A DNA stretch of 64,000 nucleotides from the NCBI RefSeq assembly GCF_046299695.1, contig NZ_JBKBHP010000017.1; one strand, written 5' to 3'. Below the pieces are notes generated by a model. It was not told the origin of the DNA and ran no database searches. It saw only the letters and a program-made list of their open reading frames with translations. This DNA comes from Hylemonella sp. (GTDB lineage: Bacteria; Pseudomonadota; Gammaproteobacteria; Burkholderiales; Burkholderiaceae_C). Of this stretch, positions 1 to 11,986 are shown in pieces. Both the position numbers and the translations under genes were made by a program. Each line of letters opens with the position of its first letter. The first letter of the stretch is position 1.

Positions 1-487
1 ACGATCTCGGACAGGTAACGCTGCAGGATCTCGTTGCCCGAGAGTTCGGCCAGGCGCAGGTGGTAGGCGCTGGCCAGGCGGGCCCAGGCGGGCTGGTCGA
101 AGCGGTGCATGGCTTCGTGTTCGGCGCGCAGCTGTTCGCGCAGGCCCTTGAGGTCGCGCGCGGTGGCGCGTTCGGCCACCAGGCGCACGATGCTGGCTTC
201 CAGCGCGCGGCGGGCTTCGAAGATCTGGCGCGTTTCCTCGCGCGTGGGCACGGCCACGATGGCGCCGCGATTGGGGCGCAGCTGCACGATGTGGTCGTGT
301 GCCAGCTTCTGCAGTACCTTGCGCACCACCGAGCGGCTCACCTTGAACAGTTCGCACAGCGGCGCCTCCGGCAGCTTGGTGCCGGGCTTGAGGCGCTGGC
401 TCATCACGCTGTCGAAGACCGCGCGGTAGATGCGGGCCTCCGCATCCGCGCTGTCGGCGCTGTCGCCCTCGGCCACCGTGTCGTCCA
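1..487 (-). CDS. GntR-family transcriptional regulator (winged HTH + FCD-like region); the 3' end runs off the window
   Basis: My reverse translation gives ARIYRAVFDSVMSQRLKPGTKLPEAPLCELFKVSRSVVRKVLQKLAHDHIVQLRPNRGAIV, a classic GntR HTH. It is absent from the ORF track because it is open-ended. The start (GTG at 487) is a guess. Confidence 0.6.
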
Positions 488-549
488 CGGGCGGCGCGGG
501 CGTGCGCTGGCGCGGAGGCGGTGCACGCCGGGCAGGGCGTGCGCTGCTG

Positions 550-1761
550 CTACGAGGCGGAGACGATTTGGGCATGCAGACGGCGTGCGAGTTGGATCAG
601 GGCCAGGTCGCTGCCGGCCGGTCCCAGCAGCGAGACGCCAAGTATGTCACCGCCCGTGGTGGGCACCGGCAGGCTGATCTGCGGCAGGCCGCAGAGGCCC
701 GCAATACAGGTGATGGCCATGGTGCGCAGGCGCACGGCGTCCACATCGGCCGGGTCGGCCTTGCGCAGCGGCGCCAGGCTCGCGGCCGAAGGCAGCAGCA
801 GCAGGCCGTCGCTGCCCAGCAGGCCGTGCACGTGCGCGCGGATCTGCGCCTGGGAGGCGCGCGCGGCGGCAGCGGCCTCGGCCGTGACCTGGCTCGCGGC
901 CTTCCAGCGGCCGGCGATGGCGGGGGAGAAGACGGGCTGGGTTTCGGTGATCCACGCGCCGTGCACCTGCCAGCCTTCAAAAGCGCCAGCCGTCACATAG
1001 GTCTGGCGCCAGGCGGCCAGACCCGTGTCACCGGCGATGCGCAGGCCTTCGGGCACGCATGCCAGCTGGTGGGCCAGCGCGTCGCGCGCGCGTTGCAGCG
1101 GGGTGGTGAAGATCTCGTCGGCCAGCTCCCAGGCGTCCAGCGGCAGCAGCAGGCGGCGCGGGGTGTAGGGGCTGGCGGGCAGCAGCACACGGCCCACACG
1201 TTCAAAGACCTCGGCGTCTTTGGCCAGCCAGGTGGCGGTGTCGAAGCTGGGGTGCAGGGGCACGAGGCCGGCACTGGAGACCAGACCATGCGTGGTGCGC
1301 AGGCCCCAGAGGCCGCAGTAGCTGGCAGGCACACGGGTGGAGCCGCCGGTGTCGGTGCCCAGGGCAAAGTCCACCAGGCCGGCGGTGACGGCGGCGGCCG
1401 AGCCGCTGGACGACCCACCGGTGACGCGCTCCGGGTAGCGCGTGTTGAGGGGCGTGCCGTAGTGCGTGTTGTCGCCGTGCAGGCTGTAGGCCAGCTCGTC
1501 GGTGAGCACCTTGCCCATGAGCGTGGCGCCGGCGGCCAGCAGCTGCGCGACGACGGGGCTGTGCTGCGTGGGCACGGGGTGGGTGGCGAGCCAGCTGGGG
1601 TTGCCGGCACCCGTGGGGTGGCCGGCCACGTCGAACAGGTCCTTGACCGCGAAGTTCAGGCCACTCAAGGGGCCACCGGCTTGGCCGGCGACGGTGAACT
1701 TGCCGTGCGGCACCCAGGCGCCGACGGTGTCCGTGATGGGGAAGGGCAGGGGAGCGTTCAT
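550..1761 (-). CDS. Amidase-signature family amidase (403 aa)
   Basis: Contains the GGSSSGSAAAV / GTDTGGSTRVPA amidase signature. Its start overlaps the stop of the upstream gene (ATGA at 1758-1761). Confidence 0.85.
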   Translation of the reverse strand: MNAPLPFPITDTVGAWVPHGKFTVAGQAGGPLSGLNFAVKDLFDVAGHPTGAGNPSWLATHPVPTQHSPVVAQLLAAGATLMGKVLTDELAYSLHGDNTHYGTPLNTRYPERVTGGSSSGSAAAVTAGLVDFALGTDTGGSTRVPASYCGLWGLRTTHGLVSSAGLVPLHPSFDTATWLAKDAEVFERVGRVLLPASPYTPRRLLLPLDAWELADEIFTTPLQRARDALAHQLACVPEGLRIAGDTGLAAWRQTYVTAGAFEGWQVHGAWITETQPVFSPAIAGRWKAASQVTAEAAAAARASQAQIRAHVHGLLGSDGLLLLPSAASLAPLRKADPADVDAVRLRTMAITCIAGLCGLPQISLPVPTTGGDILGVSLLGPAGSDLALIQLARRLHAQIVSAS

Positions 1762-2681
1762 GCGGTGGTCTCGGGGTGTTGGGCGGCCAGCTTGTCCATG
1801 TGCTGGCAGATGGCGCCGGGGGTGGTGAACCAGACCTCGCCGCGGTCACGCGCAGCCGCCAGGTGCTGCAGGGCGCGGCGCAGGTGGCGCAGGCGGTAGG
1901 GCTGGCCCACCAGATAGGGATGGAGTGCGATGCCCATGACCAGCGGTTGCTGGCGCGACTGTTCGAGCATCTCGTCGAAGTTGTCGACGATCATCTGCGC
2001 GAAGTCCTTGCCGTCCAGCTGGCGGCCCACGATCATGGGGATGTCGTTGAGCTCCTGCGGGTAAGGGATGGACCACAGGCCCGGGCCCTTGCGCGTCTTC
2101 ATGCGCACGGGCTGGTCGTCGTGGCACCAGTTGAGCGTGTAGCGGTAGCCGGTCTCGGCCAGCAGATCGGGCGTGAGCTTGCTTTCGCTGATCCAGGGCG
2201 AGAGCCAGCCCGCGGGCGCCGTGCCGCTGCGCGCGCGCATGCGGTCGCGGCAGAGCACGAGCAGCTCGCGCTCGGCCTCTTCGTCGAGCACGCCCTGGCG
2301 TTCGGCATTGCTGTGGCCATGGCCCACCAGTTCATCGCCGCGCGCGGCGCAGGCGGCCACGAGTTCGGGGCAGTGGTCGTAGAGGGCGGTGTTGATCAGC
2401 GCGGCTGCGGGCAGCTTGAGCTGGTCGAACAGTTCCAGGCAGCGCCAGGCGCCCACGCGGTTGCCGTATTCGCGCCAAGAGTAGTTGAGCACATCGGGCT
2501 GGGGCGAGGCCGGGCCGATCATGGCGCCCAGGCCTTCGCCAAAGGCGAAGTGCTCGATGTTGAGCGCCAGGTAGACGGCCAGGCGTGCACCGCCCGGCCA
2601 CTGGTAGTCCGCGCGCTGCGTGATGGGGCGGTAGGGGAAACGCCCGTGGTCGGGGAGGAGGCCAGGGTAGATGGCGGGCAT
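1758..2681 (-). CDS. Polysaccharide deacetylase / PuuE-like divalent-metal amidohydrolase family protein
   Basis: ORF 1758..2729. I prefer ATG 2681 (MPAIYPGLL), which has a GAGG about 9 nt upstream. NodB-type deacetylase-like sequence (LNIEHF, GHGHSN, ALHPYL). Confidence 0.7.
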   Translation of the reverse strand: MPAIYPGLLPDHGRFPYRPITQRADYQWPGGARLAVYLALNIEHFAFGEGLGAMIGPASPQPDVLNYSWREYGNRVGAWRCLELFDQLKLPAAALINTALYDHCPELVAACAARGDELVGHGHSNAERQGVLDEEAERELLVLCRDRMRARSGTAPAGWLSPWISESKLTPDLLAETGYRYTLNWCHDDQPVRMKTRKGPGLWSIPYPQELNDIPMIVGRQLDGKDFAQMIVDNFDEMLEQSRQQPLVMGIALHPYLVGQPYRLRHLRRALQHLAAARDRGEVWFTTPGAICQHMDKLAAQHPETTA

Positions 2682-2692
2682 GGTGCTGTACC

Positions 2693-3103
2693 TCACAACG
2701 TCGCCAGTCCCGCACGCACCAGCAGCCATTCGGCGCTGTCGTTCCAGACGTCCATCTGCGTGATCAGGCCCTGCTTCACGACGTAGCGGTCCACATAGCG
2801 GTTGCCTTCGAAAGGCATGCCGTCGGGCCAGACGCCGTAGAGCGTGCCGCGGCTGTAGACGATGGTTTCATCGTCTGTGCCGCCGGCCACGGTTTCGGTG
2901 GCCTCGATCCGCTTCTTGACCCATTGGTAGCGCGTGGCGTTGAAGGCCGCGCATTCGGCGGGCGCCTTCATGGCGCGACCGCCCGTGAAGCGGATCTGCA
3001 GGCCGGGCGCGACGTACTGGCTGGCCGCAGACGGGTCCGGGATCATCAGCAGGCGCAGGTACTCGTCGACGATGGCGCCGGGGCTCATCTTGGTGCTGGA
3101 CAT
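2693..3103 (-). CDS. SnoaL/NTF2-like small protein (136 aa)
   Basis: Only the last 136 codons of ORF 2693..4543 look real (MSSTKMSPGAIVDEYLRLL...). ATG at 3101-3103 was checked in the sequence. Size and pattern fit the NTF2-like fold. Confidence 0.6.
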   Translation of the reverse strand: MSSTKMSPGAIVDEYLRLLMIPDPSAASQYVAPGLQIRFTGGRAMKAPAECAAFNATRYQWVKKRIEATETVAGGTDDETIVYSRGTLYGVWPDGMPFEGNRYVDRYVVKQGLITQMDVWNDSAEWLLVRAGLATL

Positions 3104-3328
3104 ATCGGTTTCCTCTCGTTTCTTCCCCGTTTTGGTGCCGTGTGCACCAGGCGGGACTGCCAGGGGCGTTCCATCAAAGTGCGTGCAAAGAATGTGCCAT
3201 CTTGTCAACAATCTGAATATCTTAATGAAAACAAAGAAATAGACATCGTGGCGACACTGGCACGGCCCTTGCATGGCAGGAGGGGTCCGCGGGTTCGCCC
3301 GCATCCATCCCCCATCAGGAGTCCTGCC

Positions 3329-4513
3329 ATGAACCGTTCTTCCTTCTCCTTCGGTCGCCGCACCCTGCTCGCCGCCGGCCTGGCCCTGGCGGCCGCCACC
3401 CCGGTGCTGGCCAATGAGCCCATCAAGATCGGCCTGGTCACCGCGCTCTCGGGCCAGTCGGCCCTGGCCGGTGAAGCCATCACGCGCGGTATGCAGATCG
3501 CCATCGACGAGATCAATGCCAAGGGCGGCTTGCTCGGCGGCCGCAAGCTGGAGCTGGTGCGCCGTGACGACGAGGCCAACCCTGCCAAGGGCGTGGTGGC
3601 CGCGCGCGAACTGATCTACCGCGAGAAGGTGGCCGTGGTGTTTGGCGGTCTGGACACGCCGGTGTCCATGGCCATCGTGCCGCTGATGAACCAGGAGAAG
3701 GTGCCGTTCATGGGCCCCTGGGCTGCGGGCACGGGCATCACCCAGAACGGCGCCAATCCCAACTTCGCTTTCCGTGTGTCTGCCGTGGACGAGATCGTCG
3801 ACGTGGGCATGCTGGCCTATGCGCAGAAGACCTTCAAGACCGCCAAGCCCGGCCTCATCCTCGTCAACAACCCCTGGGGAGAGAGCAACGAGAAGGGCCT
3901 GAAGGCGGCCATGGCCGCCAAGGGCGTGACCCCCGCGGGCGTGGAGAAGTTCGAGGCCAACGACGTGGACATGGTGCCGCAGCTCACGCGCCTGAAGGCC
4001 GCCGGTGCCGACACGCTGTTCATGGTGGGCAACGTCGGCCCCTCGGCCCAGGTGGTGAAGTCGCTCGAGCGCATGGGCTGGAAGGTGCCCGTGGTCTCGC
4101 ACTGGGGTCCGGCCGGGGGCCGCTTCACCGAGCTGGCCGGCGCCATGGCCAAGGACGTGCACTTCGTGCAGACCTACAGCTTCTTCGGCAAGCAGTCGCC
4201 CGTGGGTGAGCGCGTGATCAAGGCCATGATGGCCAAGTACCCCAACGTCAAGGGCCCGGGTGACATCACGCCGGCCGTGGGCGTGGCCAATGCCTACGAC
4301 GGCATGCACCTGACGGCGCTGGCCATCCAGGCCGCCGGGTCGACCAAGGGCGACGACATCCGCCAGGGTTTCTACAAGATCGACAAGTACGAAGGCCTGA
4401 TCAAGACCTACGTCAAGCCCTTCACGCCGACCGTGCACGACGCCGTGCAGGCCAACGACTACGTCTGGGCGCAGTTCATCGACAACAAGATCGTGCCCGT
4501 CGGTCTCAATTGA
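3329..4513 (+). CDS. Periplasmic binding protein of a branched-chain-amino-acid/amide/urea type (LivK-like) ABC importer
   Basis: Signal peptide MNRSSFSFGRRTLLAAGLALAAATPVLA, then IKIGLVTALSGQSALAGE, typical of the Leu/Ile/Val-binding protein family. ATG 3329 is in frame with ORF 2924..4513. Confidence 0.85.
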   Translation: MNRSSFSFGRRTLLAAGLALAAATPVLANEPIKIGLVTALSGQSALAGEAITRGMQIAIDEINAKGGLLGGRKLELVRRDDEANPAKGVVAARELIYREKVAVVFGGLDTPVSMAIVPLMNQEKVPFMGPWAAGTGITQNGANPNFAFRVSAVDEIVDVGMLAYAQKTFKTAKPGLILVNNPWGESNEKGLKAAMAAKGVTPAGVEKFEANDVDMVPQLTRLKAAGADTLFMVGNVGPSAQVVKSLERMGWKVPVVSHWGPAGGRFTELAGAMAKDVHFVQTYSFFGKQSPVGERVIKAMMAKYPNVKGPGDITPAVGVANAYDGMHLTALAIQAAGSTKGDDIRQGFYKIDKYEGLIKTYVKPFTPTVHDAVQANDYVWAQFIDNKIVPVGLN

Positions 4514-4545
4514 TTGGCTGAGCACAAACAAGAGGAGACGCAACG

Positions 4546-5420
4546 ATGCTGGTGTTATCCGCGCTGGTCAGTGGCCTGGGCCTGGGCAGCATGTACGGGC
4601 TGATGGCCCTGGGCTTTTACGTGACCTATGCCGTCAGCGGCACGGTCAACTTTGCCCAGGGCAGCTCCATGATGCTGGGCGCGGTGCTCACCTACACCTT
4701 CGCGCAGACTTTCGGTTGGCCGGGCTACGCCGCCGTGCTGCTGGCCCTGGCCCTGTGCGCGGCCTACGGCCTGCTGGTGGAGTGGCTGGCCGTGCGGCCC
4801 TTCGTGAACCGCGGCTCGGACGCCTGGCTCATGGCCACGGTGGCGCTGGGCATCGTGCTCGACAACGTGGTCATGGCCACCTACGGCAAGGAGCCGCGCA
4901 GCCTGCCCTCGTCCCTGGCGCAGTCGCCGCTGGAAGTGGGCGGCCTGGGCCTGGGCGTGTACCCGCTGCAGCTGCTGATCCCCATCGTCGGGCTGGCGCT
5001 GGCGGCGGCGCTGCACTATGTGTCGCGCCGCACGCGCTGGGGCACGGCCATGCTGGCCGTGGTGCAGAACCGCGCGGCGGCGCGTCTCATGGGCGTACCA
5101 ATCCGCCGCGCCGTGGCGCTGGCCTTTGCGCTCTCGGCGCTGTTCGCCGGCATCGCCGGCGTGCTGATCGCGCCGCTGATGAATGTGCATTCCGACATGG
5201 GCACGCTGTTCGGCCTCAAGGCCTTTGCCGTGGCCATCCTCGGCGGCATCACCAGCGCCTGGGGCGTGATGATTGCCGGGCTGATCTTCGGCCTGGTGGA
5301 AGCCACCATCACCTCGACCCTGGGCTCGGGTTACACGCAGATCCTGACCTTCGCGCTCGTGATCGCGGCGCTGGCCTGGCGGCCCAACGGCCTGTTCGGC
5401 CGTGCGGAGGTGAAGAAGGT

Positions 5421-5424
<4 letters not shown>
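4546..5424 (+). CDS. LivH-like ABC permease
   Basis: 292 aa polytopic membrane protein with an AGAGGAG RBS upstream. Its stop overlaps the next start (ATGA 5421-5424). Confidence 0.85.
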
Positions 5425-7961
<2,537 letters not shown>

Positions 7962-7974
7962 GGAGCGTTGCAAG

Positions 7975-8358
7975 ATGGACATCAACCTGCCCGAGGTGCT
8001 GGCCGAAGTGAGTGCGGCCTTTGCCCGCTACGAGGACGCGCTGGTGCACAACAAGGTCGAGGTGCTCGACGAGCTGTTCTGGAACAGCCCGCACACGCTG
8101 CGCTACGGCGCGACCGAGAACCTCTACGGCTACCAGGCCATCCAGGAGTTCCGTGCCGGGCGTCCCTCCACGGGGCTGATGCGCGAGCTCTACAACACCG
8201 TGATCACTACCTACGGCCGGGATTTCGCGACGGCCAACACCGAGTTCCGCCGCGAAGGCAGCCCGGCCACGGGACGCCAGAGCCAGACCTGGATGCGCAC
8301 GCCCGCGGGCTGGCGCGTCGTCGCGGCGCATGTGAGCCTGCTCGCCGCGCCGCGCTGA
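7975..8358 (+). CDS. Small NTF2-like protein, tentatively AtzH-like / DUF3225 family
   Basis: 127 aa ([64 protein letters not shown]). AAGGAG RBS at 7961-7966. Family assignment is from memory of AtzH-like/HpxZ-like proteins. Confidence 0.55.
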   Translation: MDINLPEVLAEVSAAFARYEDALVHNKVEVLDELFWNSPHTLRYGATENLYGYQAIQEFRAGRPSTGLMRELYNTVITTYGRDFATANTEFRREGSPATGRQSQTWMRTPAGWRVVAAHVSLLAAPR

Positions 8359-8365
8359 GGGTGTC

Positions 8366-8833
8366 TCAGGCCGTCCCGGCGAGCACCGCCAGGGCCAGCA
8401 CCGCGCCCGTGCTCAGCCGCAGGCGCAGCGGCAGGTACCAGTGCGGCAGCGGCTGGTGGCGGGCCAGACGCCGGTCCTGCAGGTAGTGTGCGGCATAGGC
8501 CAGGATCAGCAGGGCCGCGGCCAGGGCCGTGCCCGTGCGCGAGTCGCTGCCCAGCAGGGGGAGCACGCCGGGCAGCAACAGGGCCAACCAGCCCAGCAGG
8601 GCCGGCACCACGCTCCAGCTGTAGAGTCCGGGCGCCTCGGACGCCGCGGCACTCATGGCGAAGCCCCAGTGCAGGGCTCCGACGAAGCTCAGGATGATGG
8701 CGGCGTAGCCCAGCAGCATGGCCTGCCACAGCGCATGGCCCTTGGGCATGAGCAGCAGGCCGAGGGCGCCCAGGACAAAAGGCAGCAGACCGCCATAGCC
8801 GAGCAGGGCGACGACACGGGGCGGCTGGTTCAT
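8366..8833 (-). CDS. DUF3429-family membrane protein
   Basis: 155 aa with 4-5 hydrophobic helices (LLGYGGLLPFVLGALGLL...HWGFAM). Start ATG 8831-8833 overlaps the stop of the upstream gene. Confidence 0.65.
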   Translation of the reverse strand: MNQPPRVVALLGYGGLLPFVLGALGLLLMPKGHALWQAMLLGYAAIILSFVGALHWGFAMSAAASEAPGLYSWSVVPALLGWLALLLPGVLPLLGSDSRTGTALAAALLILAYAAHYLQDRRLARHQPLPHWYLPLRLRLSTGAVLALAVLAGTA

Positions 8834-9210
8834 GGCTGGCTCGGCTGACGCACGTATTCGTGCGCGCGCAGCTGCTCGAGGGTGACGTAGTCCAGCGCGC
8901 GCGCGTGCGTGCTCTCCAGCACCACCGGCGGTGCGACGCCAGCCTCGAAGGCTTCCTTCCAGCGCAGCGCGCACAGGCACCAGCGGTCGCCTGCCTTGAG
9001 GCCCGGGAAGCGATGCTCGGGCCGTGGCATGAAAAGGTCATTGCCACGGGCCAGGGAGAACTCCAGGAAGGCCTGGGTGACCCGGGCACAGATCACGTGC
9101 GAGCCGCTGTCCTGCGCGTCGGTGTTGCAGCACCCGTCGCGGTAGTAGCCGGTCAGTGGGTCGTAGGAGCAGGGCACGAGCGGCGTGCCCAGGACGTTCT
9201 TCGCAGTCAT
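8830..9210 (-). CDS. DUF2237-family protein
   Basis: 126 aa. GYYRDGCCNT...GSHVICA...GNDL...GLKAGDRWCLCALRW is the conserved DUF2237 pattern. ATGA overlaps at both ends. Confidence 0.75.
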   Translation of the reverse strand: MTAKNVLGTPLVPCSYDPLTGYYRDGCCNTDAQDSGSHVICARVTQAFLEFSLARGNDLFMPRPEHRFPGLKAGDRWCLCALRWKEAFEAGVAPPVVLESTHARALDYVTLEQLRAHEYVRQPSQP

Positions 9211-10445
9211 GGTCTGGAGGAAGGTTGGGGGCGAGCATGAGGATAGTCCAAAAGCGCGGCCTTGCGCGCGCCGTGGTCTTGCAGCAGCTCGGCCGCCCGG
9301 CGCCGGCCGCGTGTGGCCCGGGTCCACCACTGCGAGAAGGAGTCGCGGCGCCGTGGCTCGGGGGCGAACAGCGGCACGGGCTCGCGCAGCTGCGCGACCT
9401 CGCCCAGCCACTGTGGCAGATGGGGCTCGGCCCAGGCCAGCACCTGCCGTGCGCCGGACAGCAGGGGCCGCAGCGTCTTGGCATCGGCTAGGCAGCGCCA
9501 GGGCGTGAGCTCGGCCATGCCGGCATCGACGAAGTGCCAGCGCGCTGCCGACCAGGGGTGCTGCCGGTGGAAGTCGGCCGGGTAGACGCCCAGCACCACG
9601 GTGTTGGCGGGCAGATCGGCGGGCGGCACCGACAGCGACCAGGGGTGGACCAGCCAGACGGTGCGGTCCCGCAGCGCGGCGGGCTCGGGCGAGGACAGCG
9701 TCAGCGACGCGGGCGCCTGGGTGTGGAGCGTCGGTTCGGTGACGCCCGTCGCGCCAGCGGGGGCGAGCACCTGATCCGCAGCGCGGGCCCAGGCCTGCAG
9801 TTCTTCGTACGAGGTGTCGATCGCGGAGCCCGCGCAGTGCCAGGCCGCCGGCGCGTGGCGCGCCACGTTCTCGGCGTTGAAGAGATAGGGCTGGTGGCTG
9901 CCAGTGCCGGCCACCCACTGCCAGCTCAGGTGGTTGCTGGCGAGATCGCCATCGAGCAGATGGGCGTAGAGCCAGTCGGCGCCGGCGCGCCAGTGCACCT
10001 TGCGCAGGTGCACCACATAACTGGCGAGCCACAGGCGGGCGTGGTTGTGCAGTGTGCCCGTGGCATAGAGGGTACGCACGGCCTGGTCGATCACGGGCAG
10101 GCCGGTACGGGCCTCGCGGATGTCGGCCGGCAGTTCGGGCGCGTAGGCGGCATCAGGCAGCAGCCCCGCATGCAGGGACGTGAAGATGCCCGCACCGCGA
10201 TGCGCCCAGACATGGCGGAAGTAGGCGCGCCAGCCGAACTCGAAGACCAGCTTGTGCTGCACCGGCAGATCCTCGCTGGCCAGCAGCTCGGCCAGGACCT
10301 CCGGCAGGTCGAGCAGGCCGTGGGTGAGGTAGGGCGAGAGGCCGGTGACGGCGCCCTCGAGGTGGTTGCGCGTGCGCGCGTAATCCTGCGGGCGCACGGC
10401 GGCCAGCCGGGCGCGGGCGGCGGCCTGGCCCGGAAGGGCGGTCAT
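9207..10445 (-). CDS. Photolyase/cryptochrome-related protein with an N-terminal FAD-binding helical domain and a C-terminal region resembling the photolyase alpha/beta domain
   Basis: 412 aa starting MTALPGQAAARARL. Carries GLSPYLTHGLL, FGWRAYFRHVW, TLHNHARLWLASYV and DGDLASNHLSWQWVAGTG (FAD_binding_7-type motifs) in residues about 1-215. See finding. Confidence 0.75.
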   Translation of the reverse strand: MTALPGQAAARARLAAVRPQDYARTRNHLEGAVTGLSPYLTHGLLDLPEVLAELLASEDLPVQHKLVFEFGWRAYFRHVWAHRGAGIFTSLHAGLLPDAAYAPELPADIREARTGLPVIDQAVRTLYATGTLHNHARLWLASYVVHLRKVHWRAGADWLYAHLLDGDLASNHLSWQWVAGTGSHQPYLFNAENVARHAPAAWHCAGSAIDTSYEELQAWARAADQVLAPAGATGVTEPTLHTQAPASLTLSSPEPAALRDRTVWLVHPWSLSVPPADLPANTVVLGVYPADFHRQHPWSAARWHFVDAGMAELTPWRCLADAKTLRPLLSGARQVLAWAEPHLPQWLGEVAQLREPVPLFAPEPRRRDSFSQWWTRATRGRRRAAELLQDHGARKAALLDYPHARPQPSSRP

Positions 10446-11983
10446 GGCAGGGCCCCGATCGCCCCGCGGCGGATGGCCGCGGCACGTTCCTGCACCGCCT
10501 GGCGCTCGGTGGCATCGAGCCGCGCGAGGTTCTTGACCTGCAGCGCGGTGCGCGGGTTGGCCGCGAGCCGGGCTTCGTGGCGCAGCAGGAAATCCCAGTA
10601 GAGCGTGGTGATGGGGCAGGCGCGTTCCCCCGTGCGCTGGGCCGGATCGTAGCGGCAGCCGCGGCACAGCGGGCTCATGCGTTCGATGTACTTGCCGCTG
10701 GCGATGTAGGGTTTGCTGGCCATGAGGCCGCCGTCGGCATGCTGGCTCATGCCCAGGGTGTTGGGCAGCTCCACCCACTCGACCGCATCCACGTAGACGC
10801 CGAGGTACCACGCGTGGATCTCCCTGGGTTCCACGCCCAGCAGCAGGGCGTAGAGGCCGGTGACCATGAGGCGCTGGATGTGATGCGCGTAGCCGTGCTG
10901 CAGCGTCTGGGTGATGGCGTCGCGCAGGCAGGCCAGGTCGGTGCGGCCGTCCCAGTACCAGGCTGGCAGCGGCTGGTGGGCGTCGAGCGCGTTCTGTTCC
11001 AGGTAACCAGGCATCTGCGTCCAGTAGATGCCGCGCACGTATTCGCGCCAGCCCAGGATCTGGCGGATGAAGCCCTCGGCGCTGGCCAGCGGCACCTGGC
11101 CCGCGCGGTACGCGGCTTCGGCGGCCGCCACGACCTCGCGCGGGTTCAGCAGCTTGAGGTTGAGCGCGGCGCCGAGCTGGGCGTGGTAGAGCCAGGGCTC
11201 GCCGGGCCAGATCGCGTCCTGCCAGGGGCCGAAATGCGGCAGGCGTTCGGTGATGAAGGCCTGCAAGGCCTGCAGGGCCTGCTCGCGGGTGACGGGCCAG
11301 GCGAAGGTGGCGAGCGTACCCGGGTGATCGGCAAAGCGCGTGCGCACCAGCGTCAGCACCTCCTGCGTGATCGCGTCGGGCGCGAAGCGCGGGGGCTGGG
11401 GCAGGAAGCCCGGGCCGTCCGGGCCGAAAGGCTGGCGGTTGTCGCTGTCGTAGTTCCAGCGCCCGCCTGCGGGCTCGTTCCCGTCCATGAGCACGCCGTG
11501 GCGGCGGCGCTGCTCGCGGTAGAAGTACTCCATGCGCAGGCTCTTGCGACCCTGGGCGTGGGCGGCGAACTCGCGCACCGTGGTGTAGAAGTGGCGGTCG
11601 TCCCGGATCTCCAGGGGCAGGCCGGCCTCGCGGGCTGCAGCCTGCAGGGCGCGCAGCACGCGCCAGTCGCCCGGTGCGGTGAGCACCAGTTCGCGGGGCT
11701 GCAGCTGCGCCAGATCGTGGACGAGCTGGGCGGCCAGGCTGCCCCGGTTGTCGGCATCGTCCAGGCGCGTGTAGTGCAGCGGCCGGCCGAGCGTGCGCAG
11801 CGCCTGCGCGAAATGCCGCATGGCGCTGAGGAAGAGCGCGGTGCGTGGCTGCCCGGAGGGGATGTGGGTGGACTCCTCGGCGACCTCGGCCATCCAGACC
11901 GCGTCCTGCGCCGGATCGAAGCCGTCGAAGGCGCTGGCTTGCGGGTCCAGCTGGTCGCCCAGCACGAGCACGAGGCGGCGCAT
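10442..11983 (-). CDS. phrB: FeS-cluster bacterial cryptochrome/photolyase (PhrB/CryB-type, COG3046; candidate (6-4) photolyase)
   Basis: 513 aa. N-terminus MRRLVLVLGDQLD; RMEYFYREQRR; C-terminal cysteines (ACLRD...LCRGCRYDPAQRTGERAC) match the 4-Cys [4Fe-4S] ligand pattern of this class. Confidence 0.85.
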   Translation of the reverse strand: MRRLVLVLGDQLDPQASAFDGFDPAQDAVWMAEVAEESTHIPSGQPRTALFLSAMRHFAQALRTLGRPLHYTRLDDADNRGSLAAQLVHDLAQLQPRELVLTAPGDWRVLRALQAAAREAGLPLEIRDDRHFYTTVREFAAHAQGRKSLRMEYFYREQRRRHGVLMDGNEPAGGRWNYDSDNRQPFGPDGPGFLPQPPRFAPDAITQEVLTLVRTRFADHPGTLATFAWPVTREQALQALQAFITERLPHFGPWQDAIWPGEPWLYHAQLGAALNLKLLNPREVVAAAEAAYRAGQVPLASAEGFIRQILGWREYVRGIYWTQMPGYLEQNALDAHQPLPAWYWDGRTDLACLRDAITQTLQHGYAHHIQRLMVTGLYALLLGVEPREIHAWYLGVYVDAVEWVELPNTLGMSQHADGGLMASKPYIASGKYIERMSPLCRGCRYDPAQRTGERACPITTLYWDFLLRHEARLAANPRTALQVKNLARLDATERQAVQERAAAIRRGAIGALP

Positions 11984-11986
11984 GGC

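Noticed and set aside
430-1899. 489-aa plus-strand ORF (and the neighbouring ORFs 60..677, 993..1610 and 1202..1849)
   Set aside because: It lies antisense to or out of frame with the amidase gene. It has Arg/Ala/Gly/His-rich low-complexity composition, typical of shadow ORFs in high-GC DNA, and no recognisable motif.
2693-4543. 616-aa minus-strand ORF
   Set aside because: Only the last 136 codons (2693-3103) look like a real NTF2-like protein. The remainder is antisense to the well-supported LivK-like gene and is compositionally junk.
4716-5420. N-terminal 235 codons of the 1081-aa ORF 4716..7961
   Set aside because: This stretch overlaps the LivH-like permease in another frame and is Arg/Gly/Pro-rich. 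The real gene starts at ATG 5421, which overlaps the livH-like stop.
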